A stretch of DNA of 64,000 nucleotides from a virus, in IMG/VR virus record IMGVR_UViG_3300028034_000051, positions 8,414 through 72,413 of that record; one strand, 5' to 3'. The translations under genes and the position numbers were made by a program. The notes beneath the pieces are model-generated. The model had not been told where the DNA came from, did not search any database, and saw only the letters and a program-made list of their open reading frames with translations. Numbering within the stretch: position 1 is the first letter of the stretch; every line of letters begins with the position of its first letter. Positions 1-8,637 of the stretch are shown here, in pieces.

Positions 1-11
1 TAAAAAAGACA

Positions 12-1865
12 TTATGAATCAGCTCCTACAGAAGCAGCATCTTCATTAATAATAGTTTTGAATTCTTCCCTAACTACTCTTCTAGTCTTTTCTGGATTGT
101 CAGACTCATTTATAGTCATATCGAATTTAAAGTCGCGATTATCTACTACTCTTTTACTGCTGGTACTGTAATTTCTAGTAGTTCTATTAGCAGCTACAGC
201 ACTTTTAGCTTTAATATTAGATTGGGCGCCAATAGTAGTATTAGTTGGCCCTCCGCCAATAAAATCTAATATTTTATTGGCTGCTCCTTGCAAAAATCCT
301 GGTAACTTACTTATTCCTGTATTAATCATATTGCCTAGAGCCCCCATGATATCTACATCATTTACTAGCCAATTAATGAATTGCACTATCTTATCTTTAG
401 CAAACGCAAATGGGGCTACTACAAAATCCAAAATACCTAATATGGCATTTTGTAACCCTTTAGATAGATTTTCAAAACCTGTGTTCAAGGTACTAAAATC
501 ATCTGTAACTAATCCTTTAATAAGACCTGCAATAACACCAATTACTCCACCGATAACTTGACCAAAACCTTTTATAATTCTCATGGTGGCTTCAAACTTA
601 TCTTTAACTAAAGGAGCTATAAAATCAGCACCAACTTTTAAAACACCCCATAAAAAGTTTGCTGCTACTTGTATTCCACTTAAAACATCTTCTAGATCAT
701 AACCTAAGTTTAGAAAATCTAAGAATTGTTCAAGCAAAGGTACTATTACTGAATCCCCACCTCTAAACGCAGTCCACAAATCTTCTACTATAATTATTAA
801 AGCGACTATAGCTCCAGCTACTGCAAAGTATGGAGCAGCAAAAAAACCACCTATAACTCCCCAGGCAGCACTTGCAAATCCTATAGCAGCACCTAAAGCA
901 GTAACAGCAGTTGCTATTCCTAGTATCTTGGCAGCAACCTGTAATTCTTCACTTCCTTTTAGCACTCCTAAAAATTTATTAGTTACAATTAAAACTCGAG
1001 TAAATGTAGGTAAGTATGACTGCCCCATATCTATTCTAATATCTCGTAGAAACCCTTTAAATCTTAATAATTGGTTGTTAAACTCAAATTTTGTTCTTGT
1101 TGCATCATCTATAGCATCACTAGATTGCCTGATCATCTCTTTAAACCTTAATTGCATTTTAGTTAAATTACCTAATTCTCTAAAATTTTTCTGATAACCA
1201 GCTCTTTGTGCCGCTAAATCTAAATTAGTTTCAGAAATTTGTATTCCCAACTGTCTTACCGCTTCATGATTTCCTATAAGAGCAGACTGCATCATTTGGG
1301 CAGCTTTATTTGTCGCTACATTATTAAAAGATCCTAAGTCAGCTGCTAAATCTACCATTCTTTTAGAAAATCTTGCAGCTTCTTTTCTAGCTAATCCCAT
1401 TGGTACTAATACATCCTGAAAACTATTTAGCCAATCAAATACCGCATATTTAGATCTACCTACATCTCGAGAGAAACTAATAGCCCATTGTTTTGTTGTA
1501 TCTGCAACTTTTCCAAAGACTACGTTAAACTTATTTACGATTTCATTAGCATTAGCTGCATCTTTGGCAAGCATTCCAATTGCGAAGGTTCCAGCGACAG
1601 CAGCGGCACCCAATTGGTATCTGTATCTTTCCAATAATGAAACCCCCCGACCCAAAGTTCTTTGAACTGACTGAAAAACATTTTTCATTTTATTGCCGGT
1701 TATAGTCGCTTGCCTTCCAAGGCCACCTATTGCACTTTCGCTCTGCATTGCATTGGCTTTTAATTTATCTACTTCCCGATTGGCTCCAACTAATGGTCCT
1801 TTATTAACACCAAATCCAATATCAATGCCTAATGTTCTAGCCATTGCCAATGCCACTAGTATCAC
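12..1865 (-). CDS. Tail tape measure protein (real start probably GTG 1856 or ATG 1844)
   Basis: Ala/Gly-rich helical protein with hydrophobic segments, downstream of tail chaperones. Confidence 0.85.
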   Translation of the reverse strand: MILVALAMARTLGIDIGFGVNKGPLVGANREVDKLKANAMQSESAIGGLGRQATITGNKMKNVFQSVQRTLGRGVSLLERYRYQLGAAAVAGTFAIGMLAKDAANANEIVNKFNVVFGKVADTTKQWAISFSRDVGRSKYAVFDWLNSFQDVLVPMGLARKEAARFSKRMVDLAADLGSFNNVATNKAAQMMQSALIGNHEAVRQLGIQISETNLDLAAQRAGYQKNFRELGNLTKMQLRFKEMIRQSSDAIDDATRTKFEFNNQLLRFKGFLRDIRIDMGQSYLPTFTRVLIVTNKFLGVLKGSEELQVAAKILGIATAVTALGAAIGFASAAWGVIGGFFAAPYFAVAGAIVALIIIVEDLWTAFRGGDSVIVPLLEQFLDFLNLGYDLEDVLSGIQVAANFLWGVLKVGADFIAPLVKDKFEATMRIIKGFGQVIGGVIGVIAGLIKGLVTDDFSTLNTGFENLSKGLQNAILGILDFVVAPFAFAKDKIVQFINWLVNDVDIMGALGNMINTGISKLPGFLQGAANKILDFIGGGPTNTTIGAQSNIKAKSAVAANRTTRNYSTSSKRVVDNRDFKFDMTINESDNPEKTRRVVREEFKTIINEDAASVGADS

Positions 1866-2124
1866 CTCCTTCTTTTGCTTCTTCTATCTCTTTTTCTGTT
1901 TCCTCGTTGAATATTGCTTTCGCTTCGCACCCTTTTAAGAATTCATCCCAGCTCATTCTATTCACTTCCTCATATGAGCTCAACTCAAAAGCTAAAGCCC
2001 ATCTTGCTTTTTCATAAGGATTCTTTTCTACTGCTTTTCTATACCTATCGTATTCAACATCAGGGAAAAATCCACTTATATAATCTGGAATATTATCCGA
2101 TATGTTTTTATACGTTGGTCCCAA
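1837..2124 (-). CDS. Tail assembly chaperone C-terminal extension (gpT-like), probably reached by frameshift
   Basis: Overlaps end of chaperone in +1 frame, no good SD, directly precedes TMP. Confidence 0.6.
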   Translation of the reverse strand: MGPTYKNISDNIPDYISGFFPDVEYDRYRKAVEKNPYEKARWALAFELSSYEEVNRMSWDEFLKGCEAKAIFNEETEKEIEEAKEGGDTSGIGNG

Positions 2125-2389
2125 GAAATGAGTTTACTTCGGCCATGAATTCCTGGAATGCTCCCATATCTTTAAAATCATCCATTTTTAACTTTGCTGG
2201 CTTAACTACTACATTATCTAAAACAGCTTTAACTAATTTAGATTCCATAATAACTCCAAATTCATTTTTGCATTTATCTCGTTGGTTCATGATCCATCCT
2301 ATCCCTGGATCCTGTACCATTACTTTTTCACTTTCTATATTTTCATTAAAACCATCAAAATCAAATGTATGCTTATCTCCTTGAGCCAT
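2108..2389 (-). CDS. Tail assembly chaperone (gpG-like)
   Basis: Between tube and TMP; SD GGAGGGTG. Confidence 0.7.
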   Translation of the reverse strand: MAQGDKHTFDFDGFNENIESEKVMVQDPGIGWIMNQRDKCKNEFGVIMESKLVKAVLDNVVVKPAKLKMDDFKDMGAFQEFMAEVNSFLGTNV

Positions 2390-2418
2390 TTATATCACCC
2401 TCCGCTTACATTATTTTT

Positions 2419-2832
2419 TTATAAAATTTCACTAAAGACTTCTTCGTAGTCAAAAACTACAATCGTCCACTCGTTATCAGATGCTTCATTGCCACGTTTA
2501 AAATCTGGTCTTGAAGTAACTACAGCTTCCGCACCAGAACCACCAACATCACCTGCAAAGTTCATATCCAATGCAGCAAAAGAAAAAGTTTCATCAGAGT
2601 TATACAACTGATCTAACTTGTAGTTAGATGGTGATGTGTGCTTTAATTTGATTGTGACCTCAGCTCTATCATCTGCTGACTTATTAACTGTTACATTGCC
2701 TTGGGCTCCAACTACAGTACTACGTTTATCTGACATTCTAGAGACAGTAATCATTTCGCTTTCAACAAAACCACTTAACACAAAACCATCTACAATAGTC
2801 ATTACTTTAGTCGGGTCATAAGTTTGAGACAT
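2419..2832 (-). CDS. Tail tube protein (DUF3277-like)
   Basis: TYDP..V...DG start, VGAQG motif, follows sheath. Confidence 0.8.
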   Translation of the reverse strand: MSQTYDPTKVMTIVDGFVLSGFVESEMITVSRMSDKRSTVVGAQGNVTVNKSADDRAEVTIKLKHTSPSNYKLDQLYNSDETFSFAALDMNFAGDVGGSGAEAVVTSRPDFKRGNEASDNEWTIVVFDYEEVFSEIL

Positions 2833-2880
2833 AATTACACTCCTTTCTAAAATTAGACACTAAAAATACTCATTAATCGC

Positions 2881-3906
2881 TTATACCTTCAATACTCCGT
2901 TAACTTTTACGTCATGAACTGCTCCGGCCACTGTTGCTTCAAAGTTGATATCTGGAAGAAGTCGATTAGCGATAGTATTATCAGGAATATCTGAGCGGTT
3001 AGGATAGCTAACGGAATACATACCGTTACCGTCTTTATCTACTGCTATTACTCCTCTCCTTACTGCTAGTTGCAATACTGATTTAAGTTTACTAACTACT
3101 TGAGCTATGCCACTAGCATCATAAGGTACTTTTTCGTTATTGTAGAGCAAGAAACTAATATTCTCTTGAATTCTAGCTTTAAGCCAATCTTTTGACCTTT
3201 GAATATCTAAAAACCCTCCAGTAGTTTCTTTGCCTTCGCTAGTTTGTAGTACTCCTAACTTCTTAACGTAAGTATTAACATTAGAATCGTGCAATGTACT
3301 AACATCAGCATTAAGATAAGTAGCTACCGGTATTCCATTGACAGTTTTAAATTTCCATGTTGCTTGTCCTGGATTAAGTGGTGCTATTCTACCAACAATT
3401 CCAGCATCTAAGTAAGGATCTGTTGCATCTGTGCCGCCATCATGGGCAAATAACCCTGTTCTAGAGCTTGCTATATTACCTGCAATAGTAGTAATATTGC
3501 TTACTGTCTCAGTAATATCTGGTTGAGCTACAAATAACTTTTCATTAGCACCAGCCCAACTAGCTGCTTCTTCTATATCAGCTTGAGTTCTACTAGCTAA
3601 TAATAAGAAATACCAATCGTTATGCTCAACATGCATTGCATCTAATTCATCTGTAATAGTACTTGCTGCTGTTGCTACGTCTACACCATAGATTGCTACT
3701 TTCTCAGGGCTTGGTTCTTGACTAAGAGCAGTAGCTATCATTTCATAAGCTGGATCACCAGCTGCTAAAGCCGAGGGAATTTCACTTGTCTCTGTAACTT
3801 CGGCATAAGCTACATCAGTCGTTGGATCGAATACCAGAGGCAGGCCAAAACCTGCTCGAGATAAAGGTTGCGTTTGGTCTGATATTACAACTTCAACATC
3901 ACTCAT
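2881..3906 (-). CDS. Tail sheath protein (DUF3383-like)
   Basis: PGQATWKFK, DWLKARIQE, KVPYD..GI, AGAVH.V motifs. Confidence 0.85.
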   Translation of the reverse strand: MSDVEVVISDQTQPLSRAGFGLPLVFDPTTDVAYAEVTETSEIPSALAAGDPAYEMIATALSQEPSPEKVAIYGVDVATAASTITDELDAMHVEHNDWYFLLLASRTQADIEEAASWAGANEKLFVAQPDITETVSNITTIAGNIASSRTGLFAHDGGTDATDPYLDAGIVGRIAPLNPGQATWKFKTVNGIPVATYLNADVSTLHDSNVNTYVKKLGVLQTSEGKETTGGFLDIQRSKDWLKARIQENISFLLYNNEKVPYDASGIAQVVSKLKSVLQLAVRRGVIAVDKDGNGMYSVSYPNRSDIPDNTIANRLLPDINFEATVAGAVHDVKVNGVLKV

Positions 3907-3933
3907 AAATTCTCACTCCTTACAAATTATATT

Positions 3934-4476
3934 TTACAAATTATATTTTTTCGTGTTATTATCTTGATCAGTAATTTCAATCTGTTCAATAGTCTTCTCT
4001 CTCACCTTAATTGTGTCTTCAATCTCTAATATTACATCAAAACCCCAACGATCTTCAAAGTCAGTCTCTAAAAACGTCTTTCGGTTACTTGCATCACCAA
4101 CATTGGCAATGACAGTATTATAATCTTCTAAAAATCTTGGTCCTAATTGATCTATTTTAAACCACTCTACTGCTTTTTCAATATGCTGCTTTGCATCATC
4201 ACCATAAGCATTAATACTTACTGTTACTTGTGGGCTACTAATATAACTATACTCAATATCTTTCTCAAAGTTAGGATCATCACTTGCTACTACATCTTTT
4301 TTAACTACCATTGATTGCCTTGGCTCAGAAGTTCGAACAATAAAATTATAAACCATTCTTTCCTTAGGTAATTTATCTGGTGGTATTTCCTGATCTGCTT
4401 CAATTACTTTTTGAATTCCTGTATAGCTTTCAAGTGGTGCAGCCATGGCTTTGCCTAAAGCATCTAAATCTAACAT
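3934..4476 (-). CDS. Tail terminator / neck protein
   Basis: Synteny before sheath; E.RWGFDV motif. Confidence 0.65.
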   Translation of the reverse strand: MLDLDALGKAMAAPLESYTGIQKVIEADQEIPPDKLPKERMVYNFIVRTSEPRQSMVVKKDVVASDDPNFEKDIEYSYISSPQVTVSINAYGDDAKQHIEKAVEWFKIDQLGPRFLEDYNTVIANVGDASNRKTFLETDFEDRWGFDVILEIEDTIKVREKTIEQIEITDQDNNTKKYNL

Positions 4477-4850
4477 TATTTCACCTTCTTCTTAGCCACG
4501 TATTCATGATAATCAGCATGAATAGTCCTAGGTTGATGTTCTCTTACTTCATAAGTAGCACCTTGGAAAACTATTTGGTCTTCTATTTCGAGAGTTATAG
4601 CTTCTTCTTTTCCTGTGCTTTGGTTAATAGCAGTTAAACCCTCAGTTGTTTGTAGCTTCAAGTCTTGAGTAGTATAATCTCCACCTGAATAGTACTCAAT
4701 ACTCTTAGGTGTCATAAAAAAGACTGCAAGCTTAGCAGTATAAGTAGTCTTCGTCCCATCTACCCACTTAGGACCATCAAAATATCCATCTGACTCCTTT
4801 ATAACCTCTACCTCGGTGCTGTTTTTTCTGATTAAATCACTAAAATACAT
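4476..4850 (-). CDS. Head closure / neck protein
   Basis: Synteny; GYF.G..WV.G start, coupled ORF. Confidence 0.6.
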   Translation of the reverse strand: MYFSDLIRKNSTEVEVIKESDGYFDGPKWVDGTKTTYTAKLAVFFMTPKSIEYYSGGDYTTQDLKLQTTEGLTAINQSTGKEEAITLEIEDQIVFQGATYEVREHQPRTIHADYHEYVAKKKVK

Positions 4851-5294
4851 TTAACGCACCACCTTATAGGTTATTGAATCTATCATATCCCCTGTATCGA
4901 TTAATGGCTGACTACTTCCTTTTTGTTCTATGGTATCTGGATCGTTTTCTGGTTCCATATTTCTTATTTTTTCTTTAACTGCTTCCACTAAATATTTACC
5001 CATTCTTTCTAAAACATCATCAGGGCTTTCTCTACCAGCTAAGACATTCATAACTCCTTTATCGCCCATTTCATCTAACTTACGTCTTTCTTCATCAAAA
5101 GTAGCACGAATAAATGAACGTTCTGGAATTATTTCTGACTTGCCGGCAGATCCATACTCATTCACATTTGCTCGAATGATTATTTCTTTACCAGCATCCT
5201 TAGGAATCCCAACTTGTAATTCTATATCTCTTAACTTCTCTAAATCGGATAATAGGCTCGGTATATTGTTATTGTCTTTAATTCTAACACTCAT
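4851..5294 (-). CDS. Neck / tail completion protein
   Basis: NEYG..IPERSFIR and KGSSQPLIDTG motifs. Confidence 0.7.
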   Translation of the reverse strand: MSVRIKDNNNIPSLLSDLEKLRDIELQVGIPKDAGKEIIIRANVNEYGSAGKSEIIPERSFIRATFDEERRKLDEMGDKGVMNVLAGRESPDDVLERMGKYLVEAVKEKIRNMEPENDPDTIEQKGSSQPLIDTGDMIDSITYKVVR

Positions 5295-5860
5295 ATTGGT
5301 ATCACCCTATAAGGACTAAGTAATGCTCTAACCGTACCTGGCAATTTAGCTTCTGCATTTTCAAAGTATGACTCACTCATATCTGCATTAGACTTTCTTT
5401 GCACCCTAAAGTCAGCATCTTGCTGATGATGCAAATGACTAGCTAACATAATAGCAGCATGTTCAATACCTTGAGGAAGTGTTCTTGGATTAGGACTTCC
5501 ATCATCTTTTGGTAATACATATCCACCATCATAGGTTACTTCTAGATCATACTTTTCAAAATTCCAGCCTTCTGGACGATAAATTACTCCTTCTTCTTGA
5601 AGTACTGTGTAAGAAGTTATCTCTTCTACTCCATCATCATAAGTTATACTAGTTACATTAAGGATAGGATATTTTTTTAAAGGCAAATATTCGCTTTCTG
5701 TTCCTTCTTTTAATTCTACAATTCCAGTATCTTTTGCAAACTCTCGATTACAATAAGTTTCAATAATATCACTAGCTGCATTAATTAGCATTTCTTTTTC
5801 AGTGGCATCAATACTTAATCTAATTTTATCAGTAGTCGTAAGTGCATTATCAGCTAGCAT
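5291..5860 (-). CDS. Head-tail connector (adaptor)
   Basis: INAASDIIETYCNR.F, Y.GGY, LL.PYR motifs. Confidence 0.75.
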   Translation of the reverse strand: MLADNALTTTDKIRLSIDATEKEMLINAASDIIETYCNREFAKDTGIVELKEGTESEYLPLKKYPILNVTSITYDDGVEEITSYTVLQEEGVIYRPEGWNFEKYDLEVTYDGGYVLPKDDGSPNPRTLPQGIEHAAIMLASHLHHQQDADFRVQRKSNADMSESYFENAEAKLPGTVRALLSPYRVIPI

Positions 5861-5865
5861 TTATA

Positions 5866-6174
5866 TCACTCGCTTTCAAGTTCTTCTTGTGCTTTAATAG
5901 CTTCTTCTTCGCCTCGCACAGTAGTACCATTACTTAATTCGTAATACCCTCCACCTTTGTGATAAGGATATTTTTTTTGCTCTCCATCCTGACTTTCATC
6001 TCTTTCTTGCTGGTTCTTTTGATTATCTTTTTTAGAATCTTTCTCTTCCTTAGGGCTAGCTAATCCAGCATTAAACCATCTTTGAGCAAGTTCTGTCTCA
6101 ATATCTTTAATTTCTTGTCCTTCCGGTACATCTTCTCCTTTATACCTAACCCCCTTAGAAATAACATTAACCAT
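5866..6174 (-). CDS. Small head-associated protein with C-terminal GGGYYELSNG motif
   Basis: SD GGAGGTG; position after capsid genes. Confidence 0.65.
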   Translation of the reverse strand: MVNVISKGVRYKGEDVPEGQEIKDIETELAQRWFNAGLASPKEEKDSKKDNQKNQQERDESQDGEQKKYPYHKGGGYYELSNGTTVRGEEEAIKAQEELESE

Positions 6175-6190
6175 TTATTCCACCTCCATA

Positions 6191-6213
6191 AAAGGAAAGG
6201 CCCTTGCGGGCCC
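6191..6213 (-). terminator. Intrinsic terminator after head genes
   Basis: GGGCCC-GCAA-GGGCCT hairpin followed by U-rich tail on - strand. Confidence 0.6.
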
Positions 6214-6224
6214 TAATTATTACT

Positions 6225-6674
6225 TTATGCTACTACACTAGCATCTGCATCTTGAACAGGCATAAATCTAGCATCTCCACGTAATAAATCAACTGCTACC
6301 TGAGAAGCTGCATCATCAGAAGTAACTTTAACAGCTAAATGAGTAAATCCATTATTAGTGTCCATTATTGCTGCTTGAACTTCTGCAAATAATTCTACTG
6401 AAGGTACACTTGCACCAGTAGAGTTAGTATATTCAACAACTATTGGATTACCATCTAAATCATTAACTGATTTTGCTCCTGTTCCACTAGAGTCTTGAGC
6501 TTGCATAAGTTCAAGACTAACCAATGATCCATTTGCAAGAGCTCCAGAGTTTAATATAGCAAGAGCTTTTCGATATTCACTCATATCGAAATAAGCACTT
6601 GTCGTACTAGCAGCACCTAAGTTTTGACTTTCAACAGCATTATCTATCTTCATCTGTTCAGATAACCTTTTCAC
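6225..6674 (-). CDS. Capsid decoration / cement protein
   Basis: Directly after major capsid; GTG start with SD. Confidence 0.55.
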   Translation of the reverse strand: MKRLSEQMKIDNAVESQNLGAASTTSAYFDMSEYRKALAILNSGALANGSLVSLELMQAQDSSGTGAKSVNDLDGNPIVVEYTNSTGASVPSVELFAEVQAAIMDTNNGFTHLAVKVTSDDAASQVAVDLLRGDARFMPVQDADASVVA

Positions 6675-6704
6675 TTTATATCACACTCCTCAATTTAATT
6701 TAGA

Positions 6705-8006
6705 TTATTGTAAGACTACAAAAGGACTTACCTTAGATTGTCCATCTCTTAATGTTAATGGTTCTTTCACCCAAGACTGTCCATCAGTGTTACGTACAAT
6801 CTTAATTACAGTCTTGTTATTCATGAATTTAACATGCTTTGACACAGCAATAAATGGACCAGAACCATCCTTAATCCAGTAGTATCTCATATCAACTAAC
6901 ATTAAGTCACCTTTTTTACCGATTGTTGGTAAATTGCCAGTAAACTCAAGTGGAATCCCTTCTAAAGAAGCTGGGGTTCCTTTAACTAAATTAGGACCAG
7001 TATAAACTCTATTTCCAGCTGAGTCTTTCATATCTTTAATATCTTCAAATGCACTCTGAGAAGCAACCCACATTAAATTACTTTGAGAGTATACTTTACT
7101 CATCATCTTAATTACATCTTCATAAACTATCTTGCTAGATGTATTTCTAGAAACCAAAATTGCACCGTCAGAATTTAAAATACCTAAAGGTTTACCGACT
7201 CCATCACCTTGAATAAAAGCATCATCTTCAGCTTCTATCATTGCTCCTCTAAGTAATTCAGTTAACATAGCATTCATTGCTGCTGCATTTCTTAATAATT
7301 TATTACTTACTGTAATAGAGCCACTAACCTCTTGAGGTTCAAGGCTTACATCTGTAAGTTTAGCATCTGAGTCTCCAACAGTTTCTCCTTCAGCAGTCCA
7401 ATTTACTTCAACTCCTCCATACTGTCCTTTTTTTCCTTGTTGTAAAGCCGGGAAAGAAATCTTTGCATCTGGAGGATTACCTGCTGGAATAACTCTAGCT
7501 CTTGGTCTTACTATTGGATCTTCACCTTCTAACTTAAGTAATTCATCACTAAACTGCTCAGGAACTAATATTCCACCTTCGTCTCCCTGGTTCATTGTCA
7601 TTTCTCTAAGTTCTGGACTATCAGGATTAAACCTTAATTCGTATAAGAATTCTCCTAGGTTTCTAAACTCACTATCTCCACCTCGGCCACCACCTCGTTG
7701 CCCAGTAACTCTTACTGGCGGTCGAGTAGGTTCCGTTCGAGAACTATTAGCAAAACCATTTACATCCCCAAGAGTTGAGTTCCGAGACTGGATATTCTCA
7801 ATCTTGCTCTTAACTTCATCAAACTCATCTCCTAAACTATCCCACTCTTCCTGTTCATCTTCATTCAAAGCTCTACCTTCTGCCTGGTCATTAATCTCAT
7901 TCATTCGCTCTTGGATTTCTCGTAGTCTAGTTTGTAACTCTTCTAATCCTTGAGCAAAAAGCTGTAATTTCATTTCAGATAAACCATTACTAGTAACTAA
8001 CGTCAT
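6705..8006 (-). CDS. Major capsid protein, HK97 family
   Basis: Coiled-coil delta domain, GGILVP, W..EGE, GDGVGKPLGIL, SPFVVL; N-terminal LQLFA motif. Confidence 0.92.
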   Translation of the reverse strand: MTLVTSNGLSEMKLQLFAQGLEELQTRLREIQERMNEINDQAEGRALNEDEQEEWDSLGDEFDEVKSKIENIQSRNSTLGDVNGFANSSRTEPTRPPVRVTGQRGGGRGGDSEFRNLGEFLYELRFNPDSPELREMTMNQGDEGGILVPEQFSDELLKLEGEDPIVRPRARVIPAGNPPDAKISFPALQQGKKGQYGGVEVNWTAEGETVGDSDAKLTDVSLEPQEVSGSITVSNKLLRNAAAMNAMLTELLRGAMIEAEDDAFIQGDGVGKPLGILNSDGAILVSRNTSSKIVYEDVIKMMSKVYSQSNLMWVASQSAFEDIKDMKDSAGNRVYTGPNLVKGTPASLEGIPLEFTGNLPTIGKKGDLMLVDMRYYWIKDGSGPFIAVSKHVKFMNNKTVIKIVRNTDGQSWVKEPLTLRDGQSKVSPFVVLQ

Positions 8007-8007
8007 A

Positions 8008-8625
8008 TTAATTAATACCTCCTGTTATTTTATTAGCTTCTAATACCATCTTTCTTAACTCTTCTTGCCTTGCTGTTTGAATATCTTCAGCAGAAACATT
8101 TTTTTGCTTATATTGATTAAATACATCTTCAGCTGACCTTACTCCACTTTCTGTATCTTCATACCAGGGGAAAGTTACTGGGCTAACATCGTGTAATTCT
8201 CCAACTTCCAATATAGTTCTAGTAGGAACATCTCCAGTTTCATCCCACTCTTCCTTATCAACTGTAAATCCAAAGCTAGACTGATTGATATCTCCACGTC
8301 TCATAGATTCCATTAAATCATTAGCATAAGTAGTGTCTGGTGGATCAATTTCATAATACAATCCTTTTTTATCTTCTTTTAATATAAGAGTTTCTGCTTC
8401 TTTTCTTCCTAAAATCAAATTAGGATCATGATTGATTAACGCTCTAGTGTCTGAATTCAATATTGCTTTTGTAAAAGCACCAGGTGCAATTTTTTCAACG
8501 AACCCCCATCTCTCATCTGCTGGTTTATCAAAAAGAGCAGCATAACCAACAATCTTCCCTTCCTCTTCTTGGTCTTCTCTAATCTCAAAGTTAGTAGAGA
8601 TAATTCTTAACTCTTTTTCTGCCAT
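8008..8625 (-). CDS. HK97-family prohead protease
   Basis: GYAALF, LINHD, SSFGF, DVSPVTFP.Y motifs. Confidence 0.92.
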   Translation of the reverse strand: MAEKELRIISTNFEIREDQEEEGKIVGYAALFDKPADERWGFVEKIAPGAFTKAILNSDTRALINHDPNLILGRKEAETLILKEDKKGLYYEIDPPDTTYANDLMESMRRGDINQSSFGFTVDKEEWDETGDVPTRTILEVGELHDVSPVTFPWYEDTESGVRSAEDVFNQYKQKNVSAEDIQTARQEELRKMVLEANKITGGIN

Positions 8626-8637
8626 TCAATCACCCCC

